Origin: Mustelus asterias
Taxonomy: Eukaryota
Assembly: GCF_964213995.1 (NCBI RefSeq)
Contig: NC_135809.1
Span: 109,306,001-109,370,000 of the forward strand
Length of the DNA: 64,000 nt
Direction: 5' to 3'
A model generated the notes under the pieces. It was not told the DNA's origin, made no database searches, and was given only the letters and a program-made list of their open reading frames with translations. Below are positions 52,150 to 64,000 of this stretch, in pieces (within the stretch, counting starts at the first letter, position 1; every line of letters begins with the position of its first letter). Position numbers and translations under genes: made by a program.

Positions 52150-53145
52150 ATTTTGGCGCATTGGGATGGGAGAATCGTGCGACGGACTGCCTTTTTGCAG
52201 GATTCGCGAATGCATGCGTGTCTCCCACAGCCGGAGAACAGGCGCAGTCGAGAGCGTGCTGGAAACCGGCGGGAAGAGAGGTAAGTAATTTCAATCTATT
52301 TTTAATGTATTTTAAATGTGATTATCGGGCCCGACACAGAATTCTCCGGGATAGCATCTCCCACCCCACCAGGGCTTAGAGTAGTTCCCCACGTGCGGGG
52401 AACTAGCGGGAGACCCCGGAAGAGTGAAGGGGGGGGGGCAATTGGGGGGCCCCCCCGGGGGTCGGGCAGTGGGGGGATGGTGCCCTCTGGGCATGGACAC
52501 CCTGGCTGTGCCAGCCTGTGCCCTCTGGCACTGTCCAGGAGGCATCATGGCACTGCCCAGTGGGGCTTAGGGGTGTGACCGAGAGGGCAAGTGGCAGCCC
52601 CAACAGGGCGGGGCTTGGGGGGAGGGGCCTGGGGAGGGGTGGGGCCAAGGGACGGAGCCTATAATGGACAGGACCTAGGGGCAATCAGTGGAGGTGAGGG
52701 GTCCAGCTACCACTCTGCATTGGGATTGGTCGGGACTGGAGGGAGGCCAGTGATCGGGGTGGGGGGAGTTTGTCTCCCGGGGAGTGGTCTGCTGTGGGAA
52801 TCGCTACTGCTTGGTTGGGGGTGGGGTGGGGTGCTGGAGATCGGGACGTTCCAGGAAGTGGGATGGTTGTGTGGGCCGCAGTACAAGGGTCCCGGGCTGG
52901 CCAGCGATTGAGCTGGCCAGCAAACTGGGAGACTGACAGATTGGGGCCACTGCGCATGATCAGAGGGCTGGAACTGTCTGACTCTGATGTGAATAGGCCT
53001 CGCCCCACATGCTTTTCATGAGATTCACGATTGTGGCCTCTGTGCAATGTAGAGTTTGGGAGATTAGAGTCTGAAGTTGAACTGAAAAAACAGTCGTGAT
53101 TTGCACCAGTTTTCACGCCAATTCTTCACTTTTGGGAGAATCGCG
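52150..53145. repeat. GC-rich interspersed repeat (homologous in reverse to ~22190-22510; partial copy at 61610-61920)
   Basis: Direct sequence similarity between the loci; ggagaatcgc/ggagaattgc-type termini. Confidence 0.55.
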
Positions 53146-53621
53146 ACCACAATGGTTACTGCTTAGACTCTGACCCATGCAAAGCTTTCCTGCACCCGTT
53201 AGTTCCCATTGACTTCAGGGCCCTAACTGGGCAGACAAGGGTCCCACAATAGAAATCTCCATTGACCTCGGGCAGGATCTTAGTCTTGTCCAAGAGGCCG
53301 TAAAATCCCGTCCCAGGATTCCCAGAGCTTCTTGGCGATGAACTTTGGGCAAATGCTGTCTGGATGTCAAGGATGGTCACACTCACTTTCCCTCAACTTC
53401 AATTCTGCTATTCATGCTTGGACCGAGGCTGTTGAAATATCTCCTCAGAGGCCGGTGTCTCTTCACCAGATTCCCCTTTACTTACAAACTCTATTTCATT
53501 CATAGAGTGCCTCTGGCACACAATCAGAATCCGGAGTGCCAGAACACCTGACACCCCCGGTTTTATACACACATGAGACTCTCTGATTGGGCAGACAATT
53601 CTGACCTCAATCAGGGAACTC

Positions 53622-56600
53622 TTTTTTTTGCTCCCCAACCAAATAAACAAACTCAAATTAACTTCGGGACAAATTAAAAGGGGCAGCTCTCCAAAAGGAG
53701 GGGGGAACAGCCCAAACAAAAAACAAAGTCGAAAGGATACTTAAAACATTAAATCATAATATGATTTTCAGTGTTTATAATACACCCCAGCCCCTGCGGT
53801 GCCCAGCGGGTATGGAAGACATCATCTGTGCCCATGGACACCACATGCTCCCTCTCCAGGGACACCTGGCTGTGAATATAGCCGCAGCAGAGGGGCAGAC
53901 AGTCAGGATGGACGACCCTGTCGATCGCCCCTGGAACTCTTGATGGCTCGCCTCGCATCGCCAGGCCCAGGAGCAGGTTCACAATGAGGTCGCCATCCCA
54001 ACCCGCCCCCCCCTCCGCACCAGGTGCCTGTAGATCAGGAGCGTGGGACTGAAGTGCAAACAAAACATCAGTAAAAGGTTTTTCAGGTAAGCAAAAAGGG
54101 AATGCAACCTAAGACACAAAATGTAGACATGGTCCACGGACTCCAAGACCACAGAAGGGGCAAGCTTGGGAGCCCGTGAACCGAAAGAACCTATGGTTGT
54201 ACGGGACTGCTGCATGCAGCACCCTCCACCCCAGGTCCCCAAGATAATTGGGGGAGATCCCTCCGTATTTGGACCTCAACTGTGGACCTCCGGCAGCAAC
54301 AAGGCCCGCCAAGGTGTATCTGGGTGACAGGCGAGGATGCGGTAGTGGAAGACGTGCCACAACAGTGGAGGAAACGCCTCCGTGCAGTGGAAAAGGACAC
54401 AGAGGACATTCGCATGAGGCGGCTCATGCTGAGGGGCACCTGACGGGGTGAGGGGGGGGGGGGGGGGGGAGGAGGAGGGAGGGTCTAGGCTTTGGGCCGA
54501 TGTGAAATTCCATCCGAGCAGGGGATTGCTCGGCGGGATCCCACTGCATGCCTGTGCCGCCTCGAGACCGCGTGTGCACTCGGGGCCGAGCACGACCATC
54601 CTAAGGTCTTGGATGGCTTTGGCCACGCGCCGGATGGCCATCCCCGCGCGCGCTCAGCCAGCACATGGGGGCTCATCCAACCCACTCCTCCACCATCCAG
54701 CACGTCCCCGATCCTGATCACCCCGGCGTCCATGGCCCTCCTCTCCGCCAGCCACCTGAAGTTGTACGGCTGGATTCCTGAGCAACGGCTGTCGCACGAG
54801 AGCTGCTACTCCTGACAGCGGAGAGCTGCGTTGCGAGGCGACCGTGTTTGAGACTGAGAAGGTCCTGGTAAAAGACGGGCAATGCCTGCAAGGAGGGTGG
54901 AACACACCCCAGATTTATATGCAGGAGCTGCATGTCATAATTCAGGCCGTGTAACTGGCGGAAGAAAGACATCACCAGGGCACAGCATTCTGGAGGCGAA
55001 AGGTCACTATCTGTGCGGAGGCACACCAGACCTTGACCTCCCTCCCCGAGCGGGAGACGCAGAAACCCAGTGCAGTCGGTTGTCCCAGAAGAGCTGCACG
55101 AGGGTTTTCCGGATATTGGTGACAAAGCCAGGGGGAGGGGTCAAAGTGACCAGCCTGTACAACAACATGCAGGTGAGCAGCTGGTTTATGACGAGAACTC
55201 GCACCCTGTAGGACAGCACTTGGAGCAGTCCTGTCCAACGACTCAGGCGAGCGGAGACTTTGGCCTCCTACTCCTGCCAGTTCGCCGGCCAGGATTCCTC
55301 AGCTGGACAGAGATGGAACCCCAAGTAGAGGAGGTTCGTCCTGCTCCAGGTAAAAGGCCTGAGCTCCTCCAGAAGAGGGTCCATTTCCCACGGACCGACC
55401 AGGAGTCCAGAGCACTTGGCCCAGTTAATCCCGGCGGAGGAAGCGGTGGAGTACGCCGCCTGGCATTCTCGTATCCTCCGCAGGTCAGTCGGGTCCATGA
55501 ACATGAGGAGCACGTCATCGGTGTAAGCGGACAGGACCACCCGGATGCCCAGGCTGCGCAGAGCCAAACCTGACTACCTCCTCCAAGAGGTACAGGAATA
55601 GCTCCACGCAAATCGAATACAGCTGGCCGGACAAAGGGCAGCCCTGCCGTACTCCTCTCCCAAATCGAAAGGGCGCTGTCAGGGACCCATTAACCTTAAT
55701 TAGACACTCTGCGGCAGAATACAGTAATCGGATCCCGGCGGCAAAATGTGTCCCAAACACCAATGCCTGCAGAGTTCCAAGTAGGTACTCGTGCTCCATC
55801 CTGTTGAACGCCTTCTCCTCATCGAGTGATAAGAAGGCGCTCGACAGACCAGCCCTCTGGGAATGGTGGATAAGTTCCCGGACGAGATGTAAATTGTCGT
55901 GTATCAACCTGCCCGGGACCGTGTAAGACTGGTCAGCGTGGTCATGTGGTCCAGCATGGAGCCAAGGTGTGAAGCCATTGCCGTGGCGAAGATTTTGTAG
56001 TCTGTGCTGAGGAGGGAGACCGGGCGCCAATTCTTGAGATGGCGGAGATCCCCCTTTGGCAACAAGGCAATAATGGCCTTGCGCCATGAAAGGGGCATCT
56101 CCCCAGTGGCTATGCTCTCCCCCAGCACCACCGCGTAGTCGTTCCCCAGGAAGTCCCAGAGCGCCCTGAAGAGCTCCACGGTCAGCCCGCCTTGCCCCAT
56201 TGGAGGCCGTCGAGGGCACCGGTCAGCTCAGCCAGGCATGTTGGGGCTTCAAGCATGCCGACGTCCTCCGGGCTGACCTGCAGCAGGTCCTCCCACAAAA
56301 CTCTGCAGGCATCCTCGCTGGACGGATCCGGAGAGAAGTGGGTAGTATAATAATCATGGGCAATAGCCCGGATGCCCTCCGGATCCGAGACGGGGGAACC
56401 GTCGTCGTCCCGCAGCGCGCTCTTCTCCCTGTACTCCAGCCGCAGGGCCGGGTCCGCGTCGGGCTGACTGAGGCGTGCCTCCAGGTCAAACCTCTTTCTC
56501 TAACTCCTCGAGCCTGGCTTTCCGCTTCTTTGTCGACCCCCTCGTGTACTCCTGACAGAAGGTACGGATGTGAGTCTTGCCCACATCCCACAATAGCCTC

Positions 56601-59600
56601 CAGGAGGGATAGCCTCCCCGCTTCCTTCTCCAGCTGGCCCAGAATCGACGAAACAAATCCAGGAAGCGCTCCGTCCTCCAGCAGCGTGTTGTTGAAGTGC
56701 CAGTACGCGGACGCCCCCGGACGCGAGACGGAACAAATTCCGCCCTCACCAGGTGGTGGTCCATGCACGGCACCTGCCGCATGGAGGCTGACGGGACGCT
56801 GGACACGTGCGCACTCAATGTAAAGGCGGTCGAGTCTGGACGCTCCGCCTCCAGGCTTCACGCAAGTGAAAATTCTGGAGCCAGGATGGAGATGTCTCCA
56901 GACGTCCACCAAGTCGTGGATCCCGAGCAGGTCCCGCAACTTTACCACCGCCAGGGTGCGCAGCCAGGAGCCGGTGCAGACCCGTGCCTCGAGGGTACAG
57001 TTGAAATACCCCCCCACCCCCGAGGATGATGCATTCGCCCCCATTGATGGTGTCGAGACAAGCGGATGCTTTCTTGTAGAAAGTCATTTGCTGCGGTCGG
57101 GGCATTGACGTTCAGCAAGTGAGTAACCACGCCCCCCTCGCGGACCATCAAGTGCAGCAAGCAGCCTGGCACAGGGTCCTTAACCCCCAAGATCTTTGGC
57201 TGAAAATGCGGGGCCAACAAGATAGCCACCCCACTAGAAGCGAGCGTGAAGTGGCTCATGTAGACCCCCCCCCCCCCCCCCCTCGCCACTCCAGGAGCCA
57301 TCGGGCGTCATCTCCTGGAATGCAGGAAACGCACCGCATACTTCCCGTCCCGGAGGACCAAGAAGTTCTGGAACCTGTGGAGTGGCTCACTGCTGCTGTT
57401 GATGTTGAGGCTGACCGTCATGTCAGTAGCTTAGTGCCACCGTCACCACTTTAAGTGTGGGGGAGCGCTGGCGCAAGACGCGCCAGTCCACTTCCCCCAT
57501 GAGCCCAGAGGACCTTCTGTTCCCAACGCCACTTTTCCAGCCAGGCCTGACGCGGCCTGTGTGGACCGGACGAGCAGCGCCAGGTCCGACCAATGGTCAA
57601 GGGCTAGTTGGACGCTGTTGGGGTGACCAGAGTGGCCTTTGATAAAGGCCCCAAGTTCCCCAGAGGGGATGAGGGCGACTCAGTTGGGGGCACGAGGCAG
57701 TCCCCCGCCTCGCTCCAGGCAGACTCCGAAATTGTCCCCATGCCCACTACCGAGCAACTTGCCTCTTCACGGCAGTCAGACTAAGAGTCCCCCGCCACAG
57801 GGCGTATGGCGGGCGGCATAGAGCCGCCAACTAGTCTGGACTCTCCCACCCCCAGGATCGGCGGAGCTGGGGTCCTGTCCCGCTCCTCCCTAGTTTCTGG
57901 GTCAGAGGGTGGCAACGGCTCAGTCCCCCGCCCTGCCCCAGACAGCTGGGCACCCCACAGGTCCAGAGAATCCTCCAGTCTGAGTTGGGGGTGCGGAGAA
58001 CCGCGGCAGCACATGTTTATTTTTTCCCTTTTTCTTTCCCTTGCCCCCGTACTGGGCGCGGGGCAGGGGATGGTATGAATTGGGAGAGGAGCGTGGTGCC
58101 ACAACCTCCAAGCAAGGGGAGGGGGTGTGGGGAGTCCCACAGGTGTCAAGTCCCCCCCTCCCCTAAGGTGTAGCGCCTCTTCTTGAGGGCCAGCCCCTGG
58201 CAGGCGATGCCCCTCGCGCTCGGTCCCTCTCCTTCCTGCCCTGCCCCTTCGGCTTTCCCTTCCCCGGGAGGTGTCTCTGTTGCCAGGTCGAGGTCACGTG
58301 TCCCCCCCCCCCCATTGGCCCGGTAGATGGTGTTGATGGGGGGGCCGGAGGTAGATTTTCTCCCTGAGCCGGCTGCTGGGGTGACTGGGGTAGTGGGGGT
58401 CGGGGTAGGTACTCGTGCTCCACCCTGTCGAACGCCGTCTCCTGAAGGCGCTCGACAGACCAGCCCTCTGGGAATGATGGATTAGGTCCTGGACGAGATG
58501 TAAGTTGTCGTGCATCGACCTGCCCGGGACCGTGTAGGACTCTTAAATTGTCCCCGTGTCCACCACCGAGCAGCCTACCTCCTGAGGGCAGTCATCCTGC
58601 GACTCCGAGTCTCCTGCCGCAGGGGGTACAGCAGGTGACATGGAGCCGCCAACTAGTCCAAACTGCCCACCCCCAGGATCGGCGGAGGAGGGGTTCCTCC
58701 CGGGCACCTGCCTGGTTTCTGGGCCCGAGGGTGGCACCAGCTCAGTCCCCCGCTCTGCCTCAGATGCCTAGGCATCCCACAGGTCTAGAGAATCCTCCGG
58801 TCCGATGTGGGGGGCGCCCAGCATCAAAGGTCTGGACAGAGAGGGGGGCCCTCCTCTCCACTACCACCCAAGGATCCAAATGACGGGGTGTTTCCGCAGT
58901 CCTCCAGCAGGCTGAAAAGGAACTCCTCCGGGGTGCTAAATTGCACCGGGTGGAACAGATCGACGGGGGCCCCGCGCTCACCCGGCCCCGGGGGAGTTCC
59001 ACTTGGAGGACCGCGGCAGCACGTTTTTCTTCTGTCTTTTTCTTCGCGCTGTTGCCTCCGATTTGGGGGCAAGGCACGAAGATGGGTGGGGGCAGGGCAG
59101 GGGATGGCACAAATTGGGAGGGGGTGTGGGCGCCACCACCTCCGCAGCTAGGGGAGGGGGTGTGGGGAGCCCCACAGGACCCAGATTCCCCCACCCCTGA
59201 GGTGTAGCGCCTCTTCTTGAGAGGCAACCCCCTGGCAGGGAATGCCCCTCGCACTCTGCCCCTCTCCTTCCTGTCCCACCCCTTGGGCTTCTCTTTTTCC
59301 ACCCCGGGAGGTGTTATGTCTGCCGGCTCGGGGTCACGTAGCCCCCCACGCCCGGACCTGGGCACCCGCAACACCGGGCCCTGCACATGGCGCTGAGGTG
59401 CCCACGGGCCAGGTAGATGGTGTTGGAGGGGGGGTCGGAGGTGGACTTTTCCTCCAAGCTGGAGGTGTCTGTTGCGATCCTCATCCGATGTGTATGAGGA
59501 GGATCGCAACAGACAGCTCCAGACGCTGAAAGATGCCCTCATAAGAACAGTATATGGGGCTCGACTCATCGATCGACAGTTCCGACGCGCCACAGTGAAA

Positions 59601-61147
59601 AACCGCACCGACCTCCTCAGAAGACAAACACGGGACACAGTGGACAGAGTACCCTTCGTCGTCCAGTACTTCCCCAGAGCGGAGAAGCTACGACATCTTC
59701 TCCGGAGCCTTCAACATGTCATTTGATGAAGACGAACATCTCGCCAAGGCCATCCCCACACCCCCACTTCTTGCCTTCAAACAACCGCACAACCTCAAAC
59801 AGACCATTGTCCGCAGCAAACTACCCAGCCTTCAGGAGAACAGTGACCACAACACCACACAACCCTGCCACAGCAACCACTGCAAGACGTGTCGGATCAT
59901 CGACATGGATGCCATCATCTCACGTGAGAACACCATCCACCAGGTACACGGTACATACTCTTGCAACTCGGCCAACGTTGTCTACCTGATACACTGCAGG
60001 AAAGGATGTCCCGAGGCATGGTACATTGGGGAGACCATGCAGACGCTATGACAACGGATGAATGAACACCGTTTGACAATCACCAGGCAAGACTGTTCTC
60101 TTCCTGTTGGGGAGCACTTCAGCGGTCACGGGCATTTGGCCTCTGATATTCGGGTAAGCATTCTCCAAGGCGGCCTTCACGACACACAACAACGCAGGGT
60201 TGCTGAGCAGAAACTGATAGCAAAGTTCCGCACACATGAGGATGGCCTCAACCGGGATATTGGGTTCATGTCACACTATCTGTAACCCCCACAACTTGCC
60301 TGGACTTGCAAAATCTCACTGGCTGTCCTGTCTGGAGACAATACACCTCTTTAACCTGTGCTAATGCTCTCTCCACTCGCATTGTCTGTACCTTTAAGAT
60401 TTGATTAGCTGTAAAGACTCGCATTCCAATCATTATTCAGTAAATTGAGTTTGTCTGTATATGCCCTGTTTGCTGTTTATGAGCAGGTCTCCCACTTGCC
60501 TGCCGAAGGAGCAGCTCTCCGAAAGCTGGTGGCATTTGCTACCAATTTAACCTGTTGGACTTTAACCTGGTGTTGTTAGACTCCTTCCTGTTGTTGGGGG
60601 ACAGAGGAAAGGTCGGGGTCCAGGTGCTCTCTTCCCCTGGTGTCAGAGAGGGGGACGGAGGAGCAGGAGGGAGGACAAGGGACAGGGCATTGAGGTGGGC
60701 TGGTGCCCTGTCCGGGGGGGTGGGGGGACTTTAATCTTTAATCTGGGCCCAACAAAAAGTCCAGGTATATTTTCACCTCCCACTCCGGTAGATGGAAATT
60801 ATTTCTTTTTCACCCCCCCTCCGCCTCCTTTTTCAGTCACAGACCTTGGTGGGTTGGGGCAGCAGCCCCTTTTTTCCCTTCCTCTCCTCGATGGTATCTG
60901 TCCACCCTCCTGCAGCTGGGAGCTGGACCCTGAGCTTCCAGGCCCAAGACCTCCTGTCTTCTGGGCCTTTCTCTTTCCCTCTCCTCTCCTCCTCTCTCTC
61001 CCAAGGAGCGAGCACTCCCCAGTGGCTGAAGGTTGGGGGCGATAGTTTTTCCTCCAAAACTGCCAGGGAGGCAGAAGTCCCTTCACAAAAATCCCTTTCT
61101 TTCCAAACTCTAACTGCAGGACACAGAGTGCTCGCAGTTAGCAGTCT
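53622..61147 (-). mobile_element. Tx1-clade (L1-group) non-LTR retrotransposon, decayed and rearranged
   Basis: EN motifs (SSGVAILL, RLDRLY, WHFNNTLLED), RT motifs (WRPVSLLSTDYKI, GVRQGCPLSG, AYTDDV), C-terminal CPFCG..ESVDH..C, and poly(A) at 53622-53629. The GC-rich 5' part (57450-61147) has internal duplications, and the 5' boundary is uncertain. Confidence 0.82.
59472..60590 (+). mobile_element. Penelope-like element 3' part (GIY-YIG endonuclease plus terminal repeat) nested in Tx1
   Basis: NVVYLIHC..C..WYIGET, RMNEH, VGEHF, EQKLI, GLNRD motifs, followed by the ..aacctgttggactttaacctggtgttg terminus. Confidence 0.88.
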
Positions 61148-61220
61148 AATGACAAGAACAAGGTTCACACAAATACATAGTCACTGCACAATAAAAAGGT
61201 TTCACCAGTATATACATTAC

Positions 61221-61562
61221 CTCCTTTACGTCTGCGCCAAATGAAAGATGCGAGTGCGTATGTCAGCAGTATAACCATTAAAATTCCTGCTGCNNNNNNN
61301 NNNNNNNNNNNNNNNNNNNNNNNNNNNNNNNNNNNNNNNNNNNNNNNNNNNNNNNNNNNNNNNNNNNNNNNNNNNNNNNNNNNNNNNNNNNNNNNNNNNN
61401 NNNNNNNNNNNNNNNNNNNNNNNNNNNNNNNNNNNNNNNNNNNNNNNNNNNNNNNNNNNNNNNNNNNNNNNNNNNNNNNNNNNNNNNNNNNNNNNNNNNN
61501 NNNNNNNNNNNNNNNNNNNNNNNNNNNNNNNNNNNNNNNNNNNNNNNNNNNNNNNCCAGATT
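61221..61562 (-). CDS. Gene 2 transmembrane exon, copy B (spans the assembly gap)
   Basis: Minus-strand acceptor ctttttcaactttcag| at 61562, donor |gtaatg at 61221. Visible part reads AAGILMVILLTYALASFIWRRRKG; N gap at 61294-61555. Confidence 0.7.
61294..61555. other. Assembly gap (262 N)
   Basis: Run of N. Confidence 1.
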
Positions 61563-62409
61563 CTGAAAGTTGAAAAAGAAATACAGAAGCATTTAGACTA
61601 AAATTGCCGGGGCGGGCGGACGCGGTGGGGGGCGGCGTGTGTGGTGGTGGTGCTGGAGATCGGGGCGTTCCAGGAAGGGGGAGCTGGCCAGGAAACATGG
61701 AGACTGACAGATTGGGGCCACTGCGCAGGCGCAGAGGCCTGGAACTGTCTGACTCTGACGTGAATAGGCCTCGCCTCATATGCTTTTAATCAGATCCACG
61801 ATTGTGACCTCTGCATTGCACAGTGTGGGAGATTCGAGTCTGAAGTTGAACTGAAAAAAACAGTCGTGATTTACACCAGTTTTCACGCCAATTCTTCACC
61901 TTTGGGAGAATCGCAACCACAATGGTTACTGCTTAGACTCTGACCCATGCAAAGCTTTCCTGCACCCTTTGATTCCCATTGACTTCAGGGCCCTAACTGG
62001 GCAGACAAGGGTCCCACAATAGAAATCTCCATTGACCTCGGGCAGGATCTTCCACTCTCGCCCAAGAGGCCGGAAAATCCCGTCCCAGATTTCCCAGAGT
62101 TTCTTGGTGATGAACTTTGGGCAAATGCAGTCTGGATGTCAAGGATGGTCACTCTCACTTTCCCTCAACTTCAATTCTGCTATTCATGCTTGGACCGAGG
62201 CTGTTGAAATATCTCCTCGGAGGCCGGCGTCTCTTCACCAGATTCCCCTTTACTTACAAACTCTATTTCATTCATAGAGTGCCTCTGGCACACAATCAGA
62301 ATCCGGAGTGCCAGAATACCTGACACCCCCGGTTTTATACACACATGAGACTCTCTGATTGGGCAGACAATTCTGACCTCAATCAGGGAGTTCCTACTCC
62401 AAAAGGCCA

Positions 62410-62726
62410 ACCTCCTGTGCCTTATTGAAGTAATTATAGCTGTAATGCAGTCGGGAGCGGAGTATCCCCAGTAGAACCCAAACTGAGCATCAGTGAGCAA
62501 GTTTTTGCGGGTGAAGTGGTGCTTCATAGCACTGACCACAACACTTTCCATTACTTTGCTGATCTTTGAGGGTAGACTGGGGCAGTAATTGACTGGGTTG
62601 GATTTGTCCTGTTTTTGTGGATAGAACTTAACTGGGCAATTTATCACATTGACATCCATGCCAGAATTGTTGTTATACTGAGTAGCTTGGCTAGGGACAT
62701 GGCAAATTGTGGAGCACCAGTCTTCA
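62410..62726 (-). mobile_element. CR1/L2-group LINE reverse-transcriptase fragment
   Basis: ORF 62180-62659 contains KQDKSNPVNYCP..SKVMESVV..LLTDAQFGF. Confidence 0.7.
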
Positions 62727-63440
62727 GGGAGGTGGTGGCAGTGGTATTGTCACTTGACTAGTAATCTGAACACCCAGGGTCAATGTTCTGGGGACCTGGG
62801 TTTGAATCCCACTATAGCTGAGTGGAATTTAAAAATGAAATAAAAGTAACTGGAATTAGAAGTCCAAAAATGACCATAAAAACATTGTCATAAAAACCCA
62901 TTTGGTTCACTAATGTCGTTTAGGGAAGGAAACCTGCCATCCTTACCTGGTCTGGCCTACATGTGACTTCAGATCCACAGCAATGTGGTTGACTCTTAAA
63001 TGCCCAGTGAAAAGGCCAAGCAAGCCACTCAGTTGTATTTAACTTCTGCAAATGGAACAGAAGGAACAAAACCGGATGGACCACCCAGTATTGACCTAGG
63101 AACTGGAAATGACAATGGCAAAACCAGCCCTGTTGACTCTGCAAAGTCCTCCTTACTACCATCTGGGGGCTAGTGCCAAAATTGGGAAAGCTGTCTCTCA
63201 GACTCGTAGAGCAACAGCCTGACATGGTCATTCTCAAAGAATCATACCTTACAGCGGTGTCTTAGACACCCCTATCACCAATTCTGGGTATGTCCTATCA
63301 GGACAGGACAGACCCACCAGAGGTGACAACGTGTCTGTATACAGTCGGGAAGGAATTGCCCTGGGAATCCTCAACACAGCCTCCTGACCTCATGTAGTTT
63401 CATGGCATCAGGTCAAACATGGACAAGGAAACCTCCCAAC
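62727..63440 (+). mobile_element. 5' part of a LINE: the same tRNA-SINE head followed by a decayed APE-endonuclease ORF
   Basis: Head matches the 25555 SINE. Downstream translates to ..IWGLVPKLGKLS..QQPDMVILKESYL..GYVLS..QDRPTRG (frameshifted). Confidence 0.65.
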
Positions 63441-63544
63441 ATGACCACCCCCTCCCCATCTCTGGTGTTGAATCAGCAAAGCCTATTGTCTTCATCTTTA
63501 CAATGACTGTGTGGGGGTCACTCCTACAAATAGTGTCTCTTTTA

Positions 63545-64000
63545 AAATTCATTTATTGGACACGGGCGTCGCTGGCTGGTCAGCATTTATTGCCCATCCC
63601 TAATTGCCCTTGAAGGTGGTGGTGAGCTGCCTTCTTGAATCGCTGCAGTTCATGTGCTGTACATTGACCCACAATGCCATTAGGGAGGGAATTCCAGGAT
63701 TTTGACCCAGTGACTGCAAAGGAACAGCGACATATTTCCAAGTCAGGATGGTGAGTGGCTTGGAGTGGAACTTGCAGGTTCCCATGTATCTGCTGCTCTT
63801 GTCCTTCTGGATGGAAGTGGCCATGGGTTTGGAAGATGCTGTCTAAGGATCTTTGGTGAATTGCTGCAGTGCATCTTGTAGATAGTACACACTGCTACTA
63901 CTGAGCGTCGGTGGTGGAGAGATTCAATGTTTATCGATGTGGTGCCAATTAAGCGGACTGCTTTGTCCTGGATGGTGTCAAGCTTCTTCAGTGTTGTTGG
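63545..64000 (-). mobile_element. CR1/L2-group LINE 3' end
   Basis: 3' tail gggcaattagggatgggcaataaatgctg; related fragments at ~27870-28040, ~29330-29790 and ~36830-37710. Confidence 0.7.

Noticed and set aside
52300-61100. Numerous overlapping Pro/Gly/Arg-rich ORFs, CpG-island-like region
   Set aside because: By-products of GC-rich Tx1 and other repeats; no host-gene signature.

Overview
Repeat-rich vertebrate genomic DNA. The SINE/LINE repertoire (HE1-type V-SINEs, CR1, Tx1, Penelope) points to a cartilaginous fish, most likely a shark. The window holds two convergently oriented paralogous Ig-superfamily genes. Gene 1 (+, 1280-21812; leader exon not found) encodes a B7-H6/NCR3LG1-like IgV+IgC1 ectodomain and a transmembrane (TM) exon. 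Four further intact phase-1 C1-type Ig exons follow the TM, giving a predicted ~480-aa cytoplasmic tandem-Ig tail. Gene 2 (-, at least 61562 to 33731; its ectodomain exons would lie beyond the right edge) repeats the TM-then-Ig-array layout. It has a duplicated TM exon (one copy destroyed by insertions) and one mutated splice donor. Half of the post-TM domains lack the canonical Ig disulfide. A second highlight is a ~300-345 bp poly(A)-tailed, TSD-flanked retroposon family whose head is the 5' end of U2 snRNA (3 copies, two stacked at one site inside a TM exon). Also present: Penelope remnants with minimal hammerhead motifs, two decayed Copia (GalEa-like) elements, a solo LTR, a hAT MITE, CR1 and Tx1 LINEs, and a tRNA-SINE-headed LINE. 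There is a 262-N assembly gap at 61294-61555. All calls are by eye, and repeat boundaries are approximate.
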